Notes under the pieces: model-generated | Database searches by the model: none | What the model was told of the DNA's origin: nothing | What the model saw: only the letters and a program-made list of their open reading frames with translations | Shown here: in pieces, positions 52,975-64,000 of the stretch | Numbering within the stretch: position 1 is the first letter of the stretch | How the letters are laid out: the number at the start of each line of letters is the position of its first letter | Translations under genes and position numbers: made by a program | DNA from: Octopus vulgaris | Taxonomy: Eukaryota | DNA length: 64,000 nucleotides | NCBI GenBank assembly: GCA_951406725.2 | Contig: OX597829.1 | Coordinates: forward strand, 41,478,001-41,542,000 | Direction of reading: 5' to 3'

Positions 52975-53432
52975 TGAGCATCCCCTGTGATCATAATATC
53001 TCGGCGAAAGAGTTTGACAAGCTCAGAAAATATAAAGACCTGCTCATTGAAATTGAGAAGATGTGGCATCTCAAGGCGGTTACAATATCAGTGATCGTAG
53101 GAGCACTAGGAATGACCAAGAAGGGAACCGAAAATCATATGAGAATGATCTCTGAAAATTATATGAGAATGATCCCTGGCTTACCATCCCTGCAAGAAGT
53201 GCAAAAGATTGTCTTAACTGGTACATCACATGTATTGAGAAGAGCATTGTCGATGTGAGAACTATAACTACCCATGTATTTTAATTTAACTTTATTTCTA
53301 TCAAAAAAAAAAATGAACGAACTAGTGAGTTTAGTTTAATGGCCTACCAATGTATACTATGAGTTTCTTTGCCCTAGGAGTCGGGAAGACACTCGGCAAG
53401 AAATGGAAGCAAATTTGAAAGAAGAAAAAAAA
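52975..53432 (+). mobile_element. Dong/R4-clade retrotransposon 3' end (restriction-like endonuclease C-terminus plus UTR)
   Basis: SIPCDHNISAKEFDKLRKYKDLLIEIEKMW..VTISVIVGALG..VQKIVLTGTSHVLRRAL; 5' flank is (AAT)n. Confidence 0.85.
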
Positions 53433-53477
53433 AAGATAACATTAATAATAATGATGATAATAATCATAATAATAACA

Positions 53478-53863
53478 TAACTGGAACAGCTCATGTACTG
53501 AGAAGAGCATTATTGCTGTGAAAACAATATCCATTCATGAATTTATTTATTTATTTAAATACTTGTTTTACCTGTGAATTTGCGTGTGTAATCTGGGAAT
53601 GCATACAATGAGCTTCTCTGCCCTAGGTGTACGGAAAACACTCTGCGAGAAATGGAAGAAAATTTGAAGAAAGAAGGAGAAAAAAACAATAATAATAATA
53701 ATAATAATTGTTAAAGAATATTTCCTTTTTTCCTATGTAACTTCATTTAATTTTGTAAATAAACAATCTTGTGTGCTTATCTTAATGGCCTATCGATGTA
53801 TACAGTGAGTTTCTTTCCTCTAGGGGTCAGGAGGACACATGGCAAGAAATGGAAGCAAAACTG
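53478..53863 (+). mobile_element. Two further Dong/R4-type 3' ends in tandem
   Basis: TGTAHVLRRAL remnant; shared terminus (C)CCTAGG..ACAC..GC(A/G)AGAAATGGAAG. Confidence 0.75.
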
Positions 53864-54309
53864 GAAGAAGAAGAAGAAGAAGAAGAAGAAGAAGAAGAAG
53901 AAGAAGAAGAAGAAGAAGAAGAAGAAGAAGAAGAAGAAGAAGAAGAAGAAGAAGAAGAAGAAGAAGAAGAAGAAGAAGAAGAAGAAGAAGAAGAAGAAGA
54001 AGAAGAAGAAGAAGAAGAAGAAGAAGAAGAAGAAGAAGAAGAAGAAGAAGAAGAAGAAGAAGAAGAAGAAGAAGAAGAAGAAGAAGAAGAAGAAGAAGAA
54101 GAAGAAGAAGAAGAAGAAGAAGAAGAAGAAGAAGAAGAAGAAGAAGAAGAAGAAGAAGAAGAAGAAGAAGAAGAAGAAGAAGAAGAAGAAGAAGAAGAAG
54201 AAGAAGAAGAAGAAGAAGAAGAAGAAGAAGAAGAAGAAGAAGAAGAAGAAGAAGAAGAAGAAGAAGAAGAAGAAGAAGAAGAAGAAGAAGAAGAAGAAGA
54301 AGAAGAAGA
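53864..54309. repeat. Pure (GAA)n tract, ~445 bp
   Basis: Directly visible. Confidence 0.95.
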
Positions 54310-54647
54310 ACTCATAGTAATTTTGAAAATTATCATTTTCCCCAGTTCAAACTGACCAGGTGCTTGAGCACAGAAGAGCTGACCCAGCAGTGAAGGACGA
54401 AGTAGACCACATGTGCTCTATAATTGATGTATGCCCATTCGATCCACAGTAGGAAGGCAAGGAAATTGACATATACAATTCTTTTAAATACGACAAAGCC
54501 TGAACTGTGGAAGATAATGCTAATTATTGTTGAGGTCAAAATGATATTGAGAAGAACATAAAGAAAATGGTCATAGAGTGTCCAGTAGAGCTGCTCCAAA
54601 AAGTTTGCATCCTCGGCATGGCCAGAATCACCAGGAAAGTATTAGAT

Positions 54648-55065
54648 AGGTGTAGGAGTTGCTGTGTGGTAAGTAGCTTGCTTGCTAACCACATGGTTCT
54701 AGGTTCAGTCCCACTGCATGACACCTTGGGCAAGTGTCTTCTATTATAGCCTCGGGCTGACCAAAGCCTTGTTAGTGGATTTGGTAGATGGAAACATATA
54801 TATATATGTATATGTATATATATATGTGTGTGTGTGTTTGTGTGTCTGTGTTTGTCCCACCAACATCGCTTGACAACCGATGCTGGTGTGTTTATGTCCC
54901 CCGTAACTTAGCGGTTTGGCAAAAGAGAATGAGTAGAATAAGTACTAGGCTTACAAAGAATAAGTCCTGGGGTCGATTTTGCTTGACTAAAGGCAGTGCT
55001 CCAGCATGGCCGCAGTCAAATGACTGAAACAAGGAAAAGAGTAAAAGAGAGAGTAAAAGAGAGTA
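54648..55065 (+). mobile_element. SINE family A
   Basis: Near full-length match. Confidence 0.9.
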
Positions 55066-55385
55066 TAGTTGCAAAGAACAAACAGCATGGTAACATAGGC
55101 TGCAAACTGCAGGTAGCAAACCCACTACTCATGCAAAATTCTAGGAGTTCCGACAAAATCTGAGTTAAAACAACAACAACAGCACTAATCCCAAATTACA
55201 ACAAGGATGTATTTTATTACAAAGTATACTAATGTGGTTAATAGATATGAACACATTATACTGAATTACATCATATATACAGCTATATTATCATATAATA
55301 TGATGTAAACAAAGTGATACATGAAAACTTATCAAGGTGTGTACATACATATATGCATACATACTTGAGTACATTAGTACATACA

Positions 55386-55441
<56 letters not shown>

Positions 55442-55581
55442 TATATGTATAATTCAGACTCTGGTATATTTAAAAATATAAAAAACACATATGTTGAAAT
55501 TATTTGAAACTTTATATGCAAGCAGAAACACACCCCTCTGGGTGATTTTTCTGCCCATATACTTGGCAAGACTATCAGATG

Positions 55582-55638
<57 letters not shown>

Positions 55639-55779
55639 TGCATGTTTATGTATATGTATATATATATATATCACCGTGACCGACCAGGCTATCAGATGTT
55701 GCTACACATCGCTGGTCACAATGCACTTCGCATTGTTTTAGCCTTCAAATGACGCCACCCCGTTGGCTAAGCAAGCAGG

Positions 55780-55831
<52 letters not shown>

Positions 55832-55841
55832 TATATACATA

Positions 55842-57130
55842 CACTGGGTGCAATGAGTAAATTGTTGCCATTCTATATTTTTAATTTCGTGTAAGTGTAT
55901 CGTTTGTCATTGATTTTGTCAACTACACTGTATAGTAGGGTCAGTTGGGTACCGTCTGTGAGAAAAAAACAGCACCATGATGCAATTCACTCTGCCAGAA
56001 ATTTGGAAACAACATGCTGTACTGCTTGACATTCGCATTGGAAGCTCCAAAATGAACATTTCAGAGTGTTTGGGTGTCAATCTGAGGGCAATGCAGAGGA
56101 TTCGGAAAGAGTTGGATGAGTCTAATGGTGATTACAAAGGCATGGCAGCTCAGAAAACTCATTCTGATCGCTCTGATAGGAAAAGAACTCCTGAATTTAT
56201 TGGTGAGATCCAGGCCATGATTGACAATGGTCCCATCCAAGTCAATCAGGTCCATTGCCAGGGACATAGGAGTGTTTGAGTTTCTTATCAGGCAGGTGAT
56301 TCATGAAGACATGCAGTACTCCTCATCCAAGATGAAAAAGAGCCAATGATTATCCCAAGCCATCAGAGGAAAGATCGTGCTATGAAGCATTTGGACAAAC
56401 TCAAGCATCCTCTCCAACTGAACATGCTTTGGTTTTTCTCAAACGAGAAAAATTTCTGCCACGATCAGATGGTGAACATGCAGAACAACCATTGGCTTTC
56501 AGTGTCCCCAAAACATGTGCCAAGAGTGATAAAAACCAAACATGCAGTCAACATCATGGTGTTTGGAGTGATCACTAGTGATGGTGACATTATGCCTCCA
56601 TTCATCTTCCCACACGGCTTCACACTCAACACAGAGGCCTACATCAAGTGCCTGGAGGAGGTAGTGCTGCCATGGTTGAGGAGCGTGGCTGCTGGAAGAC
56701 ACTATGTCTGGGAACAGAGCTCTACATCATGCCACACAAGCAGGAGAACTCAGTCATGGCTGTTAGACAATTTCTGCGACCATATTACCCCTAACGTTTG
56801 GCCATCTAACTCCCCAGACTGCAACCTCCTTCTTATGTGTGGGGCGCAGTTGAGTGAGAGACCAATAAAACACCAAAGATATACTGAAAGCAAAGATTAT
56901 GGCAGCATTTACCAACTTAAACAAGAAGATCATCCAGAAGAGTTGCAGGAGATTCTGAAGCCATCTGGAGGCCATGGTTGAAGCCAACAGCGATTCTGTT
57001 GTATGAATTTACGTTTTAGTATTTCAAGATATTTTTATGTAACTTTGGTAAATATATGTTAAAATAAGATATCAGTGCTATTTTCATTTTTGCGTAATCT
57101 AGATGGCAATTTACTCTCTGCCTCATTCTG
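55842..57130 (+). mobile_element. Decayed Tc1/mariner DNA transposon, DD37D (maT)-like
   Basis: WFFSNEKNF, MVFGVITSDG, YVWEQSSTSCH and WPSNSPDCN motifs, with 37 residues between the inferred 2nd and 3rd catalytic positions; degenerate TIRs, TA flanks, frameshifts. Confidence 0.85.
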
Positions 57131-57539
57131 TAAATATATGTGTGTGTATGTATGTATGCATTTATATATATATATATATTTAAAAAAGGAGATGTGGAAC
57201 ACGAGTTGTGATATATAAAAAAAAAAAGGGGGGGAAATGAAGAAAATGCTGACAAAATAATTTAAGTAATTTAAGTAATTTAATTAGGTGAAAATTCTTT
57301 TTACCGGTTGCGCATTTGTTATGCTTATCAAAAGATATTTTTTTAAGAGAGATAGAGTTCCTGTCTGATAGATTTTTTTCCTCTTATATATATTTAAGTA
57401 GTTGAATGAATTATCTTAGTATAGATAATTCGGTTAACCGATACCTGGGTAGCACATTCACATCAGAAAAACACAGTTGAAGCTACATGCCAAGGGCAGA
57501 GATCATGTGCTTTCGTGTGGAAATTTGTGTGTTTTTTTA

Positions 57540-59048
57540 ATACAAATAAATGAAAGAATGGAGTTGAACGACGATTTAACAAAATTCCTTTATTCTCGAC
57601 ATATGTTTCGAAGGCTGCATATTCCTAATTTCGAAGGAATAAGGGGTGCATTATACCGCCTTCTCATCAGGAAAAACAAGGAACTTATGTCAGCATCAAG
57701 ATGAACAAAAACTTTTAGATGACTGCCCACACGGAACCCATAGCGATAATGAGTGTTTCTTTAAAATATCCCCTTATAAGCAGTGACGTCAAAAATGGTT
57801 GAATGTAGAAGATTCTCAAAAGTTCAAGGGTTGGAGGAGCGAGGTCTAAGAATAGGAAGGTGACAGGGTGCAAGTCATATGAATGGTGATTTGTTGTTGT
57901 TTTCTTTTGTGATTGAGTGCCTATGTGTGTATATGTATATAACTGCATTCGTGTCTATGTGTGTGTATGTGTGTGTGTGGTTGGGTAGATGCCAAAAACA
58001 AACAATGGTGAAGTGACAGGTTTGTGTCTGTGTGTTTGATCATGCTTACGATAGAGAGAGGGAAAGAGAGAGAGAGGAGGGCGAGGTAGAGAGACAAAGG
58101 TAAAACATACCTCAATGAATTGGTTAGTAGTCCTTTATGAGTATAAAAATTTGACTATGGGGGTGATGTATAAATGGAACCAAATTATTAAAATTCAAGG
58201 AGGTTATCTATATTAATCTTCATTCATATGAGTGAAATGTGTGTTTCTGCCAGTGCATGCACCTATAGGATTTTTCGACCAATGTATTTATTAAAGGGAA
58301 TTTGGCGAACAATATATGGTAAAGTTCGAAATTACAGATGCCACAAAATTTTCTGCCCTTATAAAACGGAAAGGATACAGACAACATGGACCATTCCAGC
58401 TTGAAAGTTGTATTGCTGTCCTTAAGACGCCAAACTAATTTACTTAGTCCAGTGCTTTGTTGTTTTCTCTTATCTCGGAAAGTTGAATAAGAGAATTGGT
58501 AAGGGCAGTGTCGTAACTCCCGGGTGATGAATTTTTATTTAGCAGCTTGTTATTATGGGAGGCAATGATCTGCGATAGATTTCTAGTGTTGGAGAAAGCA
58601 ATCCTTACCTTATGCAAATTGATAGTAGAGTAATACCTAGAATTCCTGGGAAAGTTCCTAGCTACGGCTTCACGGAACTGTAAAGGGAGGTTTGACCTGA
58701 TTTGTTTCCCGAAAGGTATGACAAACCAGATATAGTTTTTGTGGACTTAGAATAGTTCAGAGTGTTACCATTTACATTAAAGGGAGTATTTCTGTGCTGG
58801 AGAATTGGTGTTGGTTGCCGATTGCCTTCCCTGGTCCATAAATTATTTTTGTTAAGTATAGTGGTGTTGACGTTGTTAGAGCTGAAATCATTATTTCATT
58901 ATTGGGGCAACTACTTCTAAATTAGCCCAGAGGATCTCCAATCATTATTCAACTTTCCGAGATAAGAGAAAACAACAAAGCACAGGACTAAGTAAATTAG
59001 TTTGGCGTCTTAAGGACAGCAATACAACTTTCAAGCTAGAATGGTCCA
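57540..59048 (-). mobile_element. Rearranged Penelope-like element, same family as 15971-16575
   Basis: Minus strand KNYIWFVIPFGKQ..IIASHNNKLL and YSTFRDKRK..STGLSKLVWRLK..CGICNFE..RCMHWQKH; inverted segment at ~58890-59048. Confidence 0.85.
57593..57675 (-). ncRNA. Type I hammerhead ribozyme with canonical core and extended loop 2
   Basis: TTTTC-CTGATGA-GAAGGC-[~40 nt]-GCCTTC-GAAAC-ATAT-GTC-GAGAA. Confidence 0.85.
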
Positions 59049-59139
59049 TACACATACTCACATACACACATGCACACACATTCATGTACACACACAAGTA
59101 CATACACATATATATACACACATGCATAAAAACAAATGT

Positions 59140-59174
<35 letters not shown>

Positions 59175-59256
59175 TTGCTGAAAAGATATATGATATATGT
59201 TTGTATCATTGAACCATTGGCAATCCCGGGCAGATTGGCATCAAAAAGGTTAAGAT

Positions 59257-59745
59257 AGGCTGTCCATGGGAACATCTATACGCTGATAACCTACTTTTCA
59301 TGGCTGTTGAAGAATTAGAGGAGAAATTCCATATGTATATGTAGAAGTGAAGCCTAATATTGAAACGTCTTACAATAACTCTAGCAATGACAAAAGTTTT
59401 AGTTAACAAGGGAAAAAAAGGCAGAATAGTACTACTACTACTGGAAGTGGCCTAACTTGATCTACAGAAAGTGGGACAGATAGTACTAAGACTAAGAGGT
59501 GTGGTTGGATCACAGACATGTTGCTTGGGAATAATAACTCTATACATAGTTGAAGTTCAATAGTTAGCAGGAAGCAAGTGCGTGACGTAAATTCTTTCAA
59601 ATACCCAGAGGGTTTTCAAGAAGTCATTGATAGCTTTTGTTACATAGGTGACCTGATTAGCAATGGAGAAAGAATGTTTCAGAAATATAGGAAGCAGGGT
59701 AATAAAGGAACAGGAAAAGTTGAGGTAGCTAACTGCACGATTGTT
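59257..59745 (+). pseudogene. Highly decayed RTE reverse transcriptase fragment
   Basis: GCPWEHLYADNLL (YADD motif) ... TKVLV ... EVIDSFCYIGDLISNG. Confidence 0.75.
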
Positions 59746-59758
59746 AAGGTGTTGTCTA

Positions 59759-61068
59759 CAGGGTGGGGGGCAGAGAGGACAGACGTTTTTGAAAAATTCA
59801 CAAAAATCATTAATTTTAGTTGGAAACGAATTTTATTGACATCAATGAGTTCATATTGAATTTAGCATTTGTTGAAATGAGGTGTGGAAGACAACATCCA
59901 TCACGTGGTGTCCATTTTCATTGATGCATTTCTGAAGGCGTCCTTGGAAGTTGGTCTCTACACTCTCCAGCATTGCTCTGTTGATTTGGGTGACTTCCAC
60001 GTGAATATCTTACTTCAAATCATCCAATGTATGGGGCTTATGCACATGCACACATGCCTTGAGGTTTCCCCACAAGAAATAATCACACATGGACAAATCA
60101 GGGAACCGCGGGGACCAAGGAATGGCAACAAACCTGGAAATGAGGAGGTCATTGAAGACAGGGAGGAGAATGTCCATTGATGCTCTGGCTGTGTCAACTT
60201 TTGCTCCATCCTGCTGAAATGACACACATCAAATTGGCATAATTTTTTCATCATAATTCAGGCACAAAGAAGTTGTTTATCATCTCAATGTAACGGTTGG
60301 AGTTCACAGTAACAACAATTCCATTATTGTCTTAAAAAAAATCAAAAACCAATGATGGCAGCTTTTCAACAGCACACTAGACCATCACTTTTGGGCTGTA
60401 CGGTGGTCTTTTGTGCAGTTATCTCGGATTTTCTAGAGCTCAATAATGACAGTTCTGTTGATTCACCATGCCATTAAGATAAAAATGAGCTTTGTCACTC
60501 ATTAACAAAATGAGGTTATCATTTGCCTCAAAAATTGCTTCCATCTGATGTGCAAAGCTAAGCCACTGTGCATAATAATTCCATGGTTTCAACTGTTTCT
60601 CAAAGACCAATTTGTCCAAGTGGAAATGCAGATCTTCTTGCAAAATACACCTTTTGATTACCAATGCCAAGTTTAGTGGCATTTAGACTCCATATCAAGG
60701 CTTGTACCATTTGCGATTCAGAGCAATTCAGACTCCATATCAAGGCTTGTGCCATTTGCGGTGCCTCCAGCGGTCTTCTATTCATTAGTGTACCTAGTGT
60801 ACGAAGTGTATTTACCCAATGTAAGATTGTGTTACGGGTGGGAACAGCCTGATTTCGGTGAATGTTGAAGTGGCATCGAAACTCATGTTGAACTTCTGTG
60901 ACAGACTTGTTATTCTTCATGTAACTATCATGCTATGCTCTATCATCCACACTGCCATGGTTTCACCTAAAAAGAGAAAATTGCTAAGACATCACGGACC
61001 GAATGGTACCTGTCAGACATATGTCCCTCCCGCTGGGGCTGAGCAGTAGCCATTTCAAAAACGTCCAT
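59759..61068 (-). mobile_element. Decayed Tc1/mariner DNA transposon, DD41D (rosa)-like
   Basis: SVTEVQHEFR..F, MSDKAHFYLNG.VNQQN and FQQDGA-..-WSPRFPDLSMCDYFLWG with 41 residues between the two Asp; partial TIR GACGTTTTTGAAA. Confidence 0.85.
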
Positions 61069-61069
61069 A

Positions 61070-61345
61070 CTGTTTCTCTCCAGTCACAAGTCTCATCGAG
61101 ATCAATGCAGATCTTACACACCTATGTCTCAATTTTCCATCGCAGTCTTCATATTTTCAATTTGATATCCAGTGTCTTTCACAAGTCGACTGAGATTTGC
61201 TCTTCTTGGTCTGCTGATATCTGTATGTCCATGCATAGGCTTCCACAAGTGATTGCTGGGTATCATCTCATCCATGTTCCTCCAGCGGAGTCCTGCAAAA
61301 CATGTAAAATTAGTCACTGAGCAAAATGCAATACAGCCAGCCAAG
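61070..61345 (-). pseudogene. Decayed RTE/RTEX LINE C-terminal fragment
   Basis: FAGLRWR..DE..LWKPMHG..SRP..L..DTG..MKTAMEN. Confidence 0.65.
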
Positions 61346-62084
61346 ACTCACAAATGATGCTTGGCTTATGTATCATCACTTTACTAATTGTTTTTGGTGT
61401 CTATGTAACCATAGACACCCTCTCGGCTTCTTTACTCTTGATCCAGTAAAACATCAAGAATGAGCAAGATGCATGAGTATGTAGCTAGTTATTGTTTTCA
61501 GCTGACTACATTGAATCAATGTGAAATGAAATCTTTTTGTTCAGGGACACAGCACTTTTTGTAGAGCAGGAACTGAACTTAGAGTGTTATGGTCACAAGC
61601 AAAACACACGATCCACTGAGCCATATGCCTTCTTCACAAAGGTCAAACAATACTCATGATTCCTGAGCTTCCAAGGTTTAAAAGCTTTCAGTTTAAAATA
61701 TAACATGTAAAATATGAAGTTGACAAGGCATATAGTTATGAAGATAAAAGATAAAAAAAAAATGATGGAAATGAATAAGTTGAAAATAACAAATGAAAAT
61801 AAGATAAGAGAAGAGTAGGGCGACACAGACAAGGATGTAGACAGGAAGAAAACAAGAAGAACAAAGGAATATGAGACAAAAGTAAAGAAGTAAGAGAAAA
61901 ATAGAAAGGAAGAAGTAAAGAAGAATGGAAACAGAGAGAAAGATGAAGAGAAAGGAGAAGAGTAGAGAAAAAGAAGGAAAGAGGATAAAAAAGGCAAGTG
62001 ACAATGGGACTGTCTAATGTTTGGTATGGTTTATAATGCATACTAGAACTATATACAGCTACGTTAGATGTGACTAGGGGAAGA

Positions 62085-62211
62085 GTATGCATGTGTATAT
62101 ACTTAAATACATACATACATATATATATATATATATGAATATACATATATATATATGTATATATACATATATATATGTATATACATGTATATATGTGTAC
62201 TTAGATATATG

Positions 62212-62256
<45 letters not shown>

Positions 62257-62436
62257 TATAAATATAGATGTATACATACATATGTATATAAATAAATACA
62301 TATATATGTATGTAGATATATACATATATGTATACATGTATATACATATCTATATGTATATATCTATATATGTACATCTATACATATATAAAGAAATACA
62401 AAGACACATGCACACACACATATATATGTGTATATA

Positions 62437-62500
<64 letters not shown>

Positions 62501-62570
62501 CATATATATATATATTTACATACATATATGTATGTGTGTCTGTAGACACACACAGATACAACACACATAC
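62085..62570. repeat. (TA)n/(TACA)n microsatellite region
   Basis: Directly visible. Confidence 0.95.
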
Positions 62571-62897
62571 ACAATTGTGTGTATGTGGAAAAGAAAGAGA
62601 GTGCGAGAGAGAAAGAGAGAGAGAGAGAAAAAAGAAAAACGAAAAATAAATGAAAATATAAATAATGGTCAGAAAGGGAGAGAGAAGCCAAGAAACTTGT
62701 GTAAATATCCAGAGAAGGGAGGAGAGAAGAGAGAAAGGATGGGAATGTATGAAAATATTTGAAGCAAGGGAAAAATAGAATCATTCATTTACACATAAGA
62801 ATTGAAAAAAAAATAACAAAACAGAGATATAGGGACTCACAAAAGATGAAGAAAAATGTGAAAAAAAAAACGTGAGAGAAAGAATAAGAAATACAGA

Positions 62898-62951
<54 letters not shown>

Positions 62952-64000
62952 TGTGTGTGAAAGAGCCATTAATATTAACAGCTCAAGGAAAACAGTTGAT
63001 CAGTGTTTAAATGATAATAAAATTAAGAAACGAAATGCAATAGATAAAACAGATTGAAGTTCTTTTTGTAAGTATGAGAAAAAAACATGTTAGTTTACCA
63101 AAAGTCTGCAGTTTTCTTATGAAATTCCTTTGAACAATACTTAGCTTACAGAAAACCTTTGACACACAAAGTGTGCTAGAAAAGAGAACTCTAAATATTC
63201 AAAGAATATGCGAAGTACTTCAAAGAACTTCCAAAAACTTTTGAACAATTTCAAAGAGAATCTGAGAGACAAGATATTCAGTGTGTGGATAGAATAAAAT
63301 TGCATAAAATGTTTTTATTTCAGTGATGCCATTTTGAAATTTTTAAGATACATTCGTTTTTGCTATATAGAATATAGCAAAAAAAAAAAAAAGGTGTCCA
63401 TCTGAAGAATTTCTTAGAGGTGCACTGGCAGTATGATATAAAAATAAAAGAATATGGTTTTGCAAATTTAACTGTGGATTGAATTATCTTAAAGTATATT
63501 GTACCTCCCTGTTTTAGTTGGGATAGAATGGTAACATTTTTCTCCAGATGTCTAAAAGCATATATATGATGCATGTATCTGTTCTTAAAAGGTTTGTCAA
63601 ACCTACAAAAAACACTCTTTTTGCTTTGGTCAGCAAACTGTACTTTAACACAATGCACAAATTCTTTACAGAGACATTACTGATCAAGTGTTCTGGATAT
63701 GACTTTAAACTGTAATTGGTAGCAGAGCCTTGATTCCAAGATTTGGAAAGTGTAGAATCACCTCCTAGCCACTATTGTTCGCAGGTCTACTCTTACTTAA
63801 GGCGGCGAGCTGGCAGAAACGTTAGCACGCCGGGTGAAATGCATAGCCGTATTAAATTAAACTTTAGAGGTTGATTTGTTCAACTAAACTCTTCAAGGCA
63901 GTGCTCCAGCATGGCTGCAGTCAAGTGACTGAAACAAATAAAAAAAAAGTCATACCCAAACTGAATGGAAGCGTTTCATCATCATCATCATCATCATCAT

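Noticed and set aside
53769-54393. Poly-K/E/R/S ORFs (also 48782-49534)
   Set aside because: (GAA)n is open in all frames.
63320-63658. 112-aa minus-strand ORF
   Set aside because: No recognisable motif, and it runs through a poly-T tract.

Overview
AT-rich eukaryotic DNA, almost entirely intergenic or intronic, dominated by microsatellites and transposon fragments. The repeat landscape suggests a coleoid cephalopod such as Octopus (inference only). I recognise no intact host gene, and nearly all entries in the ORF track are microsatellite artefacts. Recognisable coding remnants are all from transposons: three Penelope-like element (PLE) GIY-YIG fragments, RTE, CR1-group, R2-like and Dong/R4-like LINE fragments, and two decayed Tc1/mariner transposases (DD37D maT-like and DD41D rosa-like). 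There are also many tRNA-derived SINEs and several MITEs. The most interesting signals are at RNA level: about ten minimal hammerhead-ribozyme (HHR) motifs, including a ~310 bp near-perfect palindrome with a complete HHR on each strand; a TSD-flanked tRNA-head/HHR fold-back element; and tandem candidate H-type pseudoknots in an RTE 3' UTR. Also notable are an R2/CR1 chimeric insertion, a head-to-tail Dong/R4 pile-up in (AAT)n, and a few candidate host exons. All coordinates and folds were read by eye and ends may be off by a few bases.
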